Positions 19,901 to 28,086 of a stretch of DNA of 43,039 bases are shown here, in pieces. Positions within the stretch are counted from its first letter, which is position 1; the number at the start of each line of letters is the position of its first letter. Below the pieces are notes generated by a model, which worked only from the letters and a program-made list of their open reading frames with translations, made no database searches and had not been told where the DNA came from. Source of the stretch: Escherichia phage SM_S24; the sequence record PP920554.1; one strand, written 5' to 3'. A program made the position numbers and the translations under genes.

Positions 19901-20398
19901 CAGTTCGGGCAGCAGTCCGCCGCAATCGAGCAGAAGATGACGTCCACGTTTAACCACTCCGGTGGTAGCGCCACATACAGCCTTAAAGCTGGCGTGACGT
20001 ATAACGGGACTTACTACGACGCCGGTATGCAGCTTTCCGTTGTGACGTCTGGCAGCGCGGTTAAATCCCGCATCGCGTTCAAGGCGGACCAGTTCTACAT
20101 CATGCATCCGTCCAATGGGACGCTGTCGTCTGCGTTTATTGTGGACGGTGGCGCGGTGTATATCGACACGGCACGCATCAAGAACGCGTCCATCAACTTC
20201 GCGCAGATCACAGACACGCTGCAATCGAATAACTACGACGGCAGCACGCGCGGATGGCGCTTAGGGAAAGATGGAACGTTTATCAACCTGGGCACCGGTA
20301 GCGGCGGCGGGATGAAACAGACGAACACAAGAATCAGCGTGAAGGACGGAAACGGCGTTCTCCGCGTGCAGATTGGTGAGCTTACTGGTAGCTGGTAG
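16979..20398 (+). CDS. central tail fiber / host specificity protein J-like
   Basis: 1139 aa; N-terminus HKGGGGKQHTPQE and the NYDP..YSGNWDGTFK..AWHWYD..RYALYQIAQRCDQ block align by eye with lambda gpJ; C-terminal ~250 aa differ and contain internal repeats. Confidence 0.9.
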   Translation: MTIIYDVTGHKGGGGKQHTPQETPDSLHSLAKIRILLALGEGEFESITSDSELRQRVYLDGTPIQNADLSENFPGARVEFRPGTQHQDVIHGFSAVESEQSVGVKLENGTPWVRQINDTSLDAVRIRIGIPALYTNEDNGDLVGGRIDYKIVVYTDNADPREFRFAAVGKTMSLYERDHRIELPPNVNTGWRVEVHRITADSTSAKVVNDIRVQSITEIIDARLRYPLTALLFVEFDAKAFQNIPRVSIKCKGRKVLVPNNYDPINHTYSGNWDGTFKRAWTDNPAWHWYDICITERFGLGRRIKPQMLNRYALYQIAQRCDQMVSDGNGGQEIRFKNDMYIQSQTDAWTVLKDLAAIFAGMTWWGNQMLNIVSDQPVAAVSHTITNASVIDGRFDYASGSQKTRYSTFAVAYGNPKNHYEDAIATGQRVELVRRHKINRLDITAIGCTRESEAQRRGHWALISNQLDQQVSFKVGMEGLFFIPGSVVAIADTNISGGFETRGGRLLSDPGTRTVLNTDSEITFRPGDKFLVRTDSGNVETREIASVNGNKVTLKTALDADPIPDQPFCVDGDDIQLQKFRITDLEYDDSTSTFSVRGIEYNDSKYDAVDNGARLDPGIFTQVPDGVMKGPESVTITPSQISSQGQLITNVDIVFPPVKDAVVYEIQWRRTSLQNMEIQWGNDWVNIPRTASNGAHIPNVFSGNYQARVRAIGMGEISSPWVSSAITPVEGRLGGLNAPIITNAISGLHQILWKWNHNNAATDISYTELEVRKTGETEWKFLTNVPYPGAEYAQTSLEFGIYQQLRARVADKIGNLSDWSAPFEGQVSDKVDEYMKGLDDEFLTSEDGKRFQEAINTIPQGIYESMLTDAQQLFNARAEYKGIYAEIKVAYNVAADAHQAVAQLETLIGTRLDDAEAAIHTLQTAQSTQEQAFAQYQQTVAAKFSEQEAAIQSVQTATADVAGALAEYKTQVAAQFGQQSAAIEQKMTSTFNHSGGSATYSLKAGVTYNGTYYDAGMQLSVVTSGSAVKSRIAFKADQFYIMHPSNGTLSSAFIVDGGAVYIDTARIKNASINFAQITDTLQSNNYDGSTRGWRLGKDGTFINLGTGSGGGMKQTNTRISVKDGNGVLRVQIGELTGSW

Positions 20399-20402
20399 TA
20401 TA

Positions 20403-20421
20403 GGGGCTTCGGCCCCTTTTT
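20403..20421 (+). terminator. intrinsic terminator after the J-like gene
   Basis: GGGGC-TTCG-GCCCC followed by TTTTT. Confidence 0.65.
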
Positions 20422-20434
20422 AACGAGGTTATTT

Positions 20435-20737
20435 ATGGCATTCGGTATCGCAACGTGGGACGCGCAAGGACGCCCAAACAACTACGGCATTAAACCGGTA
20501 AGCGTGATCGGAAGGATTCATCTTGCGGAAGGACAAAAATCAGGCGCATGGTCATTCCCTGTACCGGCGGGGATGAAGGTCGGATACGTGGTCGCACTGG
20601 ATAAAGGCGCGGTCGGGCCAGGCCGCAGAATAACCGCCAGCGGGAACACTATCACGGTTTCCGCGGCAAGTGCGGTAGGTGGCGGGGTTTACTCCGCATC
20701 TGAATGTGACGTTATTGTTTTTGTGGAGCGAGCATAA
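20435..20737 (+). CDS. hypothetical tail-associated protein
   Basis: 100 aa, RBS ACGAGG after the J terminator; position only. Confidence 0.35.
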   Translation: MAFGIATWDAQGRPNNYGIKPVSVIGRIHLAEGQKSGAWSFPVPAGMKVGYVVALDKGAVGPGRRITASGNTITVSAASAVGGGVYSASECDVIVFVERA

Positions 20738-21411
20738 TGGCTAATTACGGCGCGTTGATTGACTTACCAAACGGCAACCCGTTTATCACGCCAGAATCGA
20801 CGCCGTTTTGTCTATTCCGCCGTGTGGTTGTTGGGTCTTCGGCTAACGGCACTGCGCAGTCGGCGGCTGCCGATATTAATTTGGGCGGTGACTACCCCGC
20901 AATAGCGTTTGTGAAAACTACGCACACCGCCCAGCCGACCGTCGTAGGGTCTTCTCGCGTTGGTAATGTGGTGAAGGTGAGCGCCAGCAATCCATTCGGG
21001 AAGGGCTTCACGATGACGGCTTACATCTTTGCTATATTCCCACAGTCCCTTCCGCGGTGGGGCTTCGCTATTTGGGATAAGACGGGGAAGCTAGTGCTTA
21101 CTAATGAGAGTCGCGTACTAAGTGATTTAGTTACCGTCGGATCGCCAGGCGCTAACGGGGGGATTAACATTGACCAGACGCTAAACGGCAGCTACGCCGT
21201 CGCTCCGGGCATATTGGGGTCTACGCTGATCCGGTTTTTTGTGCAGGGCCAGCCGCAAGTAATATCGGTAACGGCGTACACGGGGGCCAGATTTGATGGG
21301 TCGCGAACGCGTATATCGGCAGCGTCGTCGGGGAACGCCACGGGGGATGTGGTGGGGTATACTAACAACGGCAACGCGATTATGGCGATTAACACCGCCA
21401 ATTATGATTGA
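20737..21411 (+). CDS. hypothetical tail fiber-associated protein
   Basis: 224 aa, Gly/Ser/Thr/Asn-rich; followed by a bidirectional terminator. Confidence 0.35.
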   Translation: MANYGALIDLPNGNPFITPESTPFCLFRRVVVGSSANGTAQSAAADINLGGDYPAIAFVKTTHTAQPTVVGSSRVGNVVKVSASNPFGKGFTMTAYIFAIFPQSLPRWGFAIWDKTGKLVLTNESRVLSDLVTVGSPGANGGINIDQTLNGSYAVAPGILGSTLIRFFVQGQPQVISVTAYTGARFDGSRTRISAASSGNATGDVVGYTNNGNAIMAINTANYD

Positions 21412-21413
21412 AG

Positions 21414-21437
21414 AAAGCCCCGAAAGGGGCTTATTTG
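21414..21437. terminator. hairpin at the convergent junction of tail gene and lipoprotein gene
   Basis: AGCCCC-GAAA-GGGGCT followed by TATTT on the plus strand; T-rich on the minus strand too. Confidence 0.5.
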
Positions 21438-21649
21438 CAGGTTGTGCTTTTGAAGTGGTCGACCGACACATACTGGAAGTTGAATGGGTATCCCGCCCGT
21501 AACATTTTATGACCGCTAACGTCTGCAACCCCAAACACAGGGACGGAATACTCCACGCCACTATTCATGTATGTCGCGTCGCAGACTTTAGTCGGCATGT
21601 TGGCACAACCCGACAAAAGAACCCCACAAATCATAATTAAAGTTTTCAT
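21431..21649 (-). CDS. small lipoprotein, candidate superinfection-exclusion protein (Llp/Cor-like)
   Basis: 72 aa from ATG 21649 (RBS AGGAG, 8-nt spacer); signal peptide MKTLIMICGVLLSGC with lipobox LSGC; reverse orientation between tail fiber genes. Confidence 0.5.
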   Translation of the reverse strand: MKTLIMICGVLLSGCANMPTKVCDATYMNSGVEYSVPVFGVADVSGHKMLRAGYPFNFQYVSVDHFKSTTCK

Positions 21650-21729
21650 GGTATCATCTCCTATATTTGGTCGAGTTTTAGTATCGCACCGCTCGACCAG
21701 GATTGCAACCAATTTAAGAGGATTCAGCT

Positions 21730-22728
21730 ATGGCAGCGGGTACACTATCCGTAACGAATAACAGCAAGGCGGTTGTCGGGGTCGGCACAACGTTTACGGC
21801 GTTTAAAGCGGGCGACTTCTTAACGCTGGTGGTGGGTCAAGTCCCCTACACCGTAGCGATCGCGTCCATTGAAAGCGAAACCGCGCTTACGCTGGTGTTA
21901 CCGTTCGACGGCCCAACGGCAACCGGCCTAGCGTGGGATGGCGTTAAGCGCGATACCATGTCACTGGCAACGATGGGCGTTACCGTACAGGCACAAAAAG
22001 CATTGCGCTTGATGATTGCAGATGAAAACAACTGGCGTGCCATCTTCGGCGACGCTGAAGAAATCACCGTGACGTTGCCTAACGGGCAGGTAATGCAGGG
22101 TATGTCATGGGGCTACCTATCGCAGTTGATGAAACAGATCGACCCAGTGGAGATGCGCGACCTGCAACAACAAGCCGCCGCATCGGAAGCAGCCGCGCAG
22201 GGATACCGGAACGAGGCCGAACAATTCAAGAATGCGATCGACCCGGCGCTGATCACTGAATGGCGAGACTTTCTGGTTCGGGATTTAAACACAACAGTTG
22301 ATAGTAACGGTTTTATTAAAATTGCGTCCCCTATTGTAAAAATCAAAGGTGACGGAAGCGCCGAGCTAAACGATGAATCCGAAGGGTGCACGGTCACACG
22401 TGTTGAAAAGGGTGTTTACCTTATTTCAGGGTGTCTAGGACTTAACTCTGACGCATCGTGGGGCGGTATTGACGGTGGTTTCGAGATACCCGTGGACATC
22501 AACAAGCAGCCGCTGATATGGATCGATTATAAAGTTTTGTCTGACGGTTCCATTGAGCTGCGGACGTACCACCGCACTTACCAAGAATCGCCAGTTTTCG
22601 CAAGGAATATTATTGAGGGAATAAACGACGGCGACCCTATTGACATCCCACCGGGTACTTATGTTTCGGTGCGTGTTGAAATGCCATCGTCTGATACGCA
22701 AGCCACAGTCCCTCTATACGGCGCGTAG
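21730..22728 (+). CDS. tail fiber / receptor-binding protein (putative)
   Basis: 332 aa, RBS AAGAGG; N-terminal GTLSVTNNSKAVVGVGTTFTAF fiber-type motif; last rightward structural gene, followed by a bidirectional terminator. Confidence 0.5.
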   Translation: MAAGTLSVTNNSKAVVGVGTTFTAFKAGDFLTLVVGQVPYTVAIASIESETALTLVLPFDGPTATGLAWDGVKRDTMSLATMGVTVQAQKALRLMIADENNWRAIFGDAEEITVTLPNGQVMQGMSWGYLSQLMKQIDPVEMRDLQQQAAASEAAAQGYRNEAEQFKNAIDPALITEWRDFLVRDLNTTVDSNGFIKIASPIVKIKGDGSAELNDESEGCTVTRVEKGVYLISGCLGLNSDASWGGIDGGFEIPVDINKQPLIWIDYKVLSDGSIELRTYHRTYQESPVFARNIIEGINDGDPIDIPPGTYVSVRVEMPSSDTQATVPLYGA

Positions 22729-22738
22729 CAGAGGAGAC

Positions 22739-22760
22739 GGGGCCGTATGGCCCCTTTTTT
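22739..22760. terminator. bidirectional intrinsic terminator between structural and leftward modules
   Basis: GGGGCC-GTAT-GGCCCC followed by TTTTTT; convergent gene ends on both sides. Confidence 0.65.
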
Positions 22761-23334
22761 AGTTTGAGTTTTCCCAGTCCATTTTGCGCCGCACTAGCGG
22801 GCTTTCGTAATACTCCTTTCCCTCCACTTCCACCAGGGGCCAGTCGTTCACAATCACGTATGGTTCTGCGATATCCTCAATAACGCCATGCGCGCTGTGC
22901 TGACAGAACGTTACCCCCACCAGGATAACCCCGGCAACGCGACGAGTGAGATACTCGCGAGCGCAACGGGCCTCGACCAGTCCTCGACGTATGCCGCTGG
23001 TGGCCTTAACCTCGTAGGTCCAGACGGCATCGATCACATGTTCGCGGAAGTCGGGACCGGATTTTACCTTGCGCTTGCCGACCATGATAATATCGCCGCG
23101 GTCGATAGTGTTAGCGCTAAACAGGCCGGTACGCATGAGTAAGCCTTGCGGGATACAGCTACGCCCACCCGTCTGCCCTTCGAGGTACATGCCTGCAAAC
23201 ATTTCGCCCAGCACACCAACCAGTCGGCTTTGCTTGCACGCGTCAGACTTTAAGCGCCACTGATCAAACTCGATGCTTGCTATCATTGCCGCCAGGTGGA
23301 ATTGTTTACCAGATATTTCATATTCGCCGTACAT
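22759..23334 (-). CDS. hypothetical protein (possible PD-(D/E)XK-like nuclease fold)
   Basis: 191 aa, ATG with RBS GAGGA; D(IIMV)...E-V-K arrangement (RGDIIMVGKRK...AVWTYEVK) compatible with a PD-(D/E)XK core but weak. Confidence 0.4.
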   Translation of the reverse strand: MYGEYEISGKQFHLAAMIASIEFDQWRLKSDACKQSRLVGVLGEMFAGMYLEGQTGGRSCIPQGLLMRTGLFSANTIDRGDIIMVGKRKVKSGPDFREHVIDAVWTYEVKATSGIRRGLVEARCAREYLTRRVAGVILVGVTFCQHSAHGVIEDIAEPYVIVNDWPLVEVEGKEYYESPLVRRKMDWENSN

Positions 23335-23376
23335 CGTGTGGTCCTCATTGATGCGGGCCGAAGCCCGCGATTAGAA

Positions 23377-23898
23377 TTATTTAAGTGCGCCAGTCACCAG
23401 TGTTTTTTCCATGTTGCGGAAGTCTTCCGGCGTCATGAGGATTTTGGACCCGTCTTCGCCAGTTAGAACGACCATAGGCTGGACTTCTTGATCTGCAATG
23501 CCGAAATTGGCGGCTTTAACCATCTTGCCAGCCGATGCCGAAGGATGCCACGTACCTGCGGTGGCGATGGGCCAACCTTTAAGGCTGTCGTATTGCGCTG
23601 CCGTTGTATCGACCTGAATCTCGTCGTGAACGGTCATGTGGGATTCGCCCAGCAAGGCCGCATACGCTACCAGGTCGACGATATTGTCTTCCTGGTGCTT
23701 ACGGTGCTGGCGCACCAGCTTCAGGCAGATCAAGAAGGTCCAGGCTTCTTGCTCGGTAAGGTCACGACCGGTAAGCGCGTTAAACACGGCGGCAATTTGT
23801 TTCGCGCTGCGTTCCTCTTTCGCGTTGTCATAGCCGTTTTCTTTTCCGCGCTGTTCCATAGTGGTGGCGGCGTTTTTGCAGTATTCGTATGCTTTCAT
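23377..23898 (-). CDS. hypothetical protein
   Basis: 173 aa, RBS AGGA; promoter-like boxes and a 5' UTR hairpin upstream; no motif recognised. Confidence 0.45.
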   Translation of the reverse strand: MKAYEYCKNAATTMEQRGKENGYDNAKEERSAKQIAAVFNALTGRDLTEQEAWTFLICLKLVRQHRKHQEDNIVDLVAYAALLGESHMTVHDEIQVDTTAAQYDSLKGWPIATAGTWHPSASAGKMVKAANFGIADQEVQPMVVLTGEDGSKILMTPEDFRNMEKTLVTGALK

Positions 23899-23944
23899 GA
23901 TGTGGTCCTTTTTCGGGGAGGCCGTATTGCCTCCCGACGCGTTA

Positions 23945-23974
23945 ACTATAGTGCAACCAACCTATTGGTTGCAA
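23945..23974 (-). promoter_or_regulatory. sigma70-like promoter with inverted-repeat operator
   Basis: minus strand TTGCAA-18 nt-TATAGT; spacer holds palindrome TGCAACCAA-CCTA-TTGGTTGCA; a 5' UTR hairpin follows. Confidence 0.45.
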
Positions 23975-24432
23975 GTAAATTTTGCAACGTTTATTGCGTA
24001 AATTTTCGGGACCAAATCGCTGCACGCCCGACGAATTGCCGCGATGTTCTTCTCGCAGTCCTCAATGATGACCAGTTCAGACACGTCCGCGTAGCAGACC
24101 ATTTTGAACACGGCGCACGCCTTAAACTCTGGCGGCGGGGTGTCGTCCAGCATGTGGCGCATGAATAACCGGCCTACAGGGAAGACTTCCAGTTGTTTAG
24201 CGGTGGTGTCCCAACATTCTCGCTGCCGGTTGGTCAGATACGCGATCTCGAAGCCTTGCTCTTTATACATGCGCAGTAGCGGCAGCATATCCATGTTCAG
24301 GTCTTCGCGGACGTGCGCCTTGTGCCACTTCGCCCAAAAGGTGGATTTAGTTTTTATGCCAGGCACCAGATCGGCACGCGCATCGCTTGAGCCGTTAATA
24401 ACGCCATCCAAATCGCAAATCAGTAATTTCAT
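23962..24432 (-). CDS. HAD-superfamily phosphatase-like protein
   Basis: 156 aa; N-terminal LICDLDGVI matches HAD motif I (DxDG), downstream Thr (AYLTNR) plausible motif II. Confidence 0.5.
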   Translation of the reverse strand: MKLLICDLDGVINGSSDARADLVPGIKTKSTFWAKWHKAHVREDLNMDMLPLLRMYKEQGFEIAYLTNRQRECWDTTAKQLEVFPVGRLFMRHMLDDTPPPEFKACAVFKMVCYADVSELVIIEDCEKNIAAIRRACSDLVPKIYAINVAKFTCNQ

Positions 24433-24653
24433 TTTAAGCTCTCAATAAGTGTCTGTCGGGCGCTTCGCGCAGTAAAGGAGTTGCATACGAAATGGCAACG
24501 CCGAGTTATGACAAGCCAACCGGTGAGGTCAAGGCCCATGATGCGTCCGGGATGGGACGCGCGCACCACATGATTGCGGCGTGGGTCGATGCAGAAGTCT
24601 TTTTGCATTTGGTCTACTACCGCGGGGTCGCGGTCAACGATTAAGATATTCAT
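24429..24653 (-). CDS. hypothetical small protein
   Basis: about 74 aa from ATG 24653 (track ORF begins at a GTG); ATGA coupling to the downstream HAD gene. Confidence 0.3.
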   Translation of the reverse strand: MNILIVDRDPAVVDQMQKDFCIDPRRNHVVRASHPGRIMGLDLTGWLVITRRCHFVCNSFTARSARQTLIESLK

Positions 24654-25119
24654 GTAGCTCACTCTCGCTCATTATTTCAATTTGTGCGCTGCCGCATGGC
24701 GGCGCTTCGTCAAATATTATCAATTGCTGGCACTTGTTATTGCTCGGCCCGACTTCACCGGTTACAGCATGTATGAATCGGATCCGCCAGTCCAGAAGAA
24801 TTATCAGGTTTGCAGTCTTCCTGGCCAGCTTCGCCCACTTCGTCGACGTGTCCTGATTCAGTAGCATGACCGTCCGGCGTCCGTGCGCTGCGCACTCTAC
24901 CCACGGCAGCGGATCGGAATACGGCGGATTGCACCACTTCCACCCTTTCAACTCGGACCAGTCCACATCAAGCGCGCTGTGTTCCGCCGTGAAGTAACGT
25001 GGTAGCAGATGATTGGTGTCGCTTGCCGCCATATCGTAACGGAATCGGTATTTCTGACGAAGCGGTTTAAATAAAGCTGGCGGCGTGCGCCAGCTATCTT
25101 TTTGCTCATTCTCCGTCAT
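24634..25119 (-). CDS. DNA N6-adenine methyltransferase (phage Dam-like)
   Basis: 161 aa; WRTPP near the N-terminus, DMAASD and catalytic CNPPY motifs typical of small phage N6-adenine methyltransferases. Confidence 0.75.
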   Translation of the reverse strand: MTENEQKDSWRTPPALFKPLRQKYRFRYDMAASDTNHLLPRYFTAEHSALDVDWSELKGWKWCNPPYSDPLPWVECAAHGRRTVMLLNQDTSTKWAKLARKTANLIILLDWRIRFIHAVTGEVGPSNNKCQQLIIFDEAPPCGSAQIEIMSESELHEYLNR

Positions 25120-25564
25120 AGTCGGGATCTATCGCATACAGGGCGGTTTTCTTGCCACTGGATAGCACGCGTTGGACTCGGGATAGCTCCGCCCTACTGA
25201 GCGGTCGGCTATCGGAATAGTAGCTGCCGTTTGCACGCCACGCTATACGCACCAGTCCTTTCCGCGGGATCGAAGACTGGCTGCCCTTCGGACGGACGTA
25301 CTCCTCGGCCAGTTTGCAATGCTCGCGCAGACCTTCGGCAGTGATGCGGTTTAGCGCGACGGTGGTTGTGTACCCGGTGCGCTGCATAATACCCATCAAC
25401 TCATACAGCAGTTCGAAGCGCTCCTCTAACTCCTTGCGCATCTTTTCCTCGCCTTCATAGCTCGCCATGTAGGTATCCGCCAGCGCGTTCGCCCGTTCGA
25501 CCTGTTCGCGGGCTTCGAGGCATTGCGCGGCCCAGTAATTTTTCTCTTCTTGTAAAATTTTCAT
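25106..25564 (-). CDS. hypothetical protein
   Basis: 152 aa, RBS GGAGA; first gene of a leftward operon downstream of paired TGCAACCAAT boxes. Confidence 0.4.
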   Translation of the reverse strand: MKILQEEKNYWAAQCLEAREQVERANALADTYMASYEGEEKMRKELEERFELLYELMGIMQRTGYTTTVALNRITAEGLREHCKLAEEYVRPKGSQSSIPRKGLVRIAWRANGSYYSDSRPLSRAELSRVQRVLSSGKKTALYAIDPDYDGE

Positions 25565-25645
25565 CGTGTTGTCTCCAGGTATTAAAAAAGGCGTCCAAAC
25601 CGGACACCCTTAAGATAATGCAACCAATATGATTATGCAACCAAT

Positions 25646-25969
25646 TTACGAATAAAAATTTGGGTCGCGTGCAACGTCTACTAGATACAGGTTACTCATG
25701 CGATTGCCGTAGTGCCCCGGTGTGCGCTGGCGGCACACAACGGCGAAGCCTGGTGGAATTGTATTGCCCGTCTCGATAATCCACGCCACGCGTGCGCCAG
25801 ACAGCGTCTTGCCGTTGTATTCGATGCGCGTGCCACCATCGGCAGTGTTAAGGTTGCCAATCTTACATCCTGTGGACTTCAGGCGAATGACACCGGTCTT
25901 GCTGTCGTAGGAAAAAAGCTGATTGGTCATTGCCACTGAAAAGTCGATTGCGTCGAATGCAGTATTCAT
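25646..25969 (-). CDS. hypothetical protein
   Basis: 107 aa, ATGA coupling with the upstream gene; faint resemblance to HNH_3/NUMOD-type DNA-binding proteins but no catalytic His seen. Confidence 0.4.
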   Translation of the reverse strand: MNTAFDAIDFSVAMTNQLFSYDSKTGVIRLKSTGCKIGNLNTADGGTRIEYNGKTLSGARVAWIIETGNTIPPGFAVVCRQRTPGHYGNRMSNLYLVDVARDPNFYS

Positions 25970-26661
25970 TTTAAATTTTCCTCGTTAACCGCTATCGCGA
26001 AGCCGCGCGGGGTGAGTGAGCGGATTAATTTTGTACGAGCGGATTTACCACCGAGGCGACTATACTGCTTCGAGTACCCTTTTTCAACGAAAACAGGTTT
26101 CTTCTCTGGCATACGGAAGCCGTTTCCAGTCCATAAGCAGGTCAGCTTCGGATATGAATCGCGGGCGTTGATGTATTCAGGGAACAACGGATGTACGTCA
26201 TCCTCCGGCAGATATCCCCCATACTCCCACGGGTCGAACGAGTGATCAGGCTTGCGCCACTGGGTGGAAAGCACACTGCGCGGATTCTCAATCATATATG
26301 GCACTTCGAAGAAGTCACCCAGGTAAGCGGCGATCTTCGCGGTTCGCACCGCCTTAAGCTGAAAGGCGGGGTCTTTTGCACGCTTGCGCGGGAAAGCTGG
26401 CGCGCCGCTCACTGCCAGATCCGTACACGGAGGGAACGCATAGATTATATCCGGCGTACCGAAATCGCCATTCATCGCGCGGTCCACGAAGTCCAGGTCG
26501 ATAAACTCATTGCGATACCGTATTCCGCGACCATAAATCCGGTAGTCAAGGTACGACCCGTGATCGGCTTCGGAGTAGTTAAAACAGTAGCACTTATGCC
26601 CCATCTCGGCAGCACGCTCAATCATCAAGCCGCTGCCGTCAAACAATGACCAGATTATCAT
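25966..26661 (-). CDS. DNA cytosine-5 methyltransferase-like protein (short)
   Basis: 231 aa; SLFDGSG (motif I-like FxGxG), AFPPCTD (motif IV-like Pro-Cys), MIENP (motif VI-like ENV); unusually short for a complete C5 enzyme. Confidence 0.45.
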   Translation of the reverse strand: MIIWSLFDGSGLMIERAAEMGHKCYCFNYSEADHGSYLDYRIYGRGIRYRNEFIDLDFVDRAMNGDFGTPDIIYAFPPCTDLAVSGAPAFPRKRAKDPAFQLKAVRTAKIAAYLGDFFEVPYMIENPRSVLSTQWRKPDHSFDPWEYGGYLPEDDVHPLFPEYINARDSYPKLTCLWTGNGFRMPEKKPVFVEKGYSKQYSRLGGKSARTKLIRSLTPRGFAIAVNEENLK

Positions 26662-28082
26662 TTGCGCGCCTTCTTAGCTTTCATGTATTCCATCAAGTCG
26701 TCCTGAATGTCTCGCTTACTGTCGCGACGCTCGGCGACCAATTCGTCCAGTGTCCCGCGAGCCTGGATAATGTAGACGAATACTGGTCGAGGGTGTCCGG
26801 CTTGCATCTGGCGAACCGGCCCGATACGTTCAACGATCTGCGAAAAGTGTTCAAAGTTCCAGGTGTCGGAGAAGATTGCCAGGTGATGACCGCCGTCCTG
26901 CAAGTTAAGGCCGTGGCCCGCCGATGCCGGGTGTGCAAACATGATGGGGATCTCGCCCCTGTTCCATGCTTCCATATCCTTATTGCCCTGCTTACCTTTA
27001 CCCAACGCAACGCCGTGCGGGAATTTCTTCTTGAGACGTGCCAGATCATGCTTGTACTGGTAGGCAACGAGCAACGGTGCGCCGTTCAACTCCTCCACGA
27101 TACTTTCCAGCGCGTCCAGTTTAGCGTCGTGAATTTTCACCCATTCGTCGGTGCGCTCGCCGTCTTCGTCGACCTTATACACGGCCCCGGAAGCAAGCTG
27201 AAGGCACTTAATAGTCTTCGAAGCAGCGTTCGCCGCCTCCACCGTTCCGCTTTCCAGTTCGGCAAATAGCTCCGCTTCGAATTGGTCATAAATCTTGCGG
27301 GCTTTTTTCGGCAGGTCCACAACAACCGGCGTATAGATTGGCTTGTCACACCCGAAGTATTCAGCCGCATCAACGGTTAGCGACACGTCGGACAGTCGTT
27401 GTTGTATTTCTTTCTCGGAGTTCTTAAGCGGGGCGTGCTGCATCGTGAAGCTGCCAGGCTTAACAGGCTTGCTAATAAACCAGCGGTCCGTGAACGCCTT
27501 ATAGCTACTGCCGAGACGTTCGCCGCCGTCGACAAACCACGTCTGACCCCATAGGTCTTTCAGCCCGTTCGGTGCGGGTGTGCCAGTCAGGTTAATCCAG
27601 CGCTTGACGTGCTTATGTGCAATCGCTGCCAGCGCACGGGCGCGCTTACTTCCCTGCTTGCTTCTATAGCCTTTCAGCTTAGTGGATTCATCGGCAACAA
27701 CGACCGTAAAGGGCCACTCGTCGCCGCAATACTCTACAAGCCACTCAACCACATCATAGTTAACACAAACCACGTTAGCGTCGCTCTCAAGCGCAGCGAT
27801 GCGGTCCTTCTCTGGTCCGGTGCCGTCTACTACCAGCAGGGCAGGGAAGCGCCATTTTTCTTGCTCCGGAGGCCATGTACCGGACGCAACGCGCAGCGGG
27901 GCCAGCACCAGTACGCGGTCCTCCTGGTTGGATAGGATGCCGGTCTGGAACATTTTATTCAGCGCCCACATAGTCGCGCCGGTTTTACCCGACCCCATTG
28001 TCGCCCAAATATTGCAGCGCTTATGCTTGAGGATGAACGCGGTTATCAACTTCTGATATTCGCGACGTCGGAAACGTGCCAT
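26658..28082 (-). CDS. SNF2/DEAD-like helicase
   Basis: 474 aa from ATG 28082; REYQ Q-motif, Walker A ATMGSGKT, DExx box VVADEST; ATGA coupling to the downstream gene. Confidence 0.75.
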   Translation of the reverse strand: MARFRRREYQKLITAFILKHKRCNIWATMGSGKTGATMWALNKMFQTGILSNQEDRVLVLAPLRVASGTWPPEQEKWRFPALLVVDGTGPEKDRIAALESDANVVCVNYDVVEWLVEYCGDEWPFTVVVADESTKLKGYRSKQGSKRARALAAIAHKHVKRWINLTGTPAPNGLKDLWGQTWFVDGGERLGSSYKAFTDRWFISKPVKPGSFTMQHAPLKNSEKEIQQRLSDVSLTVDAAEYFGCDKPIYTPVVVDLPKKARKIYDQFEAELFAELESGTVEAANAASKTIKCLQLASGAVYKVDEDGERTDEWVKIHDAKLDALESIVEELNGAPLLVAYQYKHDLARLKKKFPHGVALGKGKQGNKDMEAWNRGEIPIMFAHPASAGHGLNLQDGGHHLAIFSDTWNFEHFSQIVERIGPVRQMQAGHPRPVFVYIIQARGTLDELVAERRDSKRDIQDDLMEYMKAKKARK

Positions 28083-28086
28083 ATCT

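Noticed and set aside
23916-23939. Hairpin CGGGGAGGC-CGTATT-GCCTCCCG as an intrinsic terminator
   Set aside because: It has no U-run on either strand (T-run precedes it on the plus strand, A-run follows it on the minus strand) and lies in the 5' UTR of the 23898 gene downstream of its predicted -10; more likely a leader structure.
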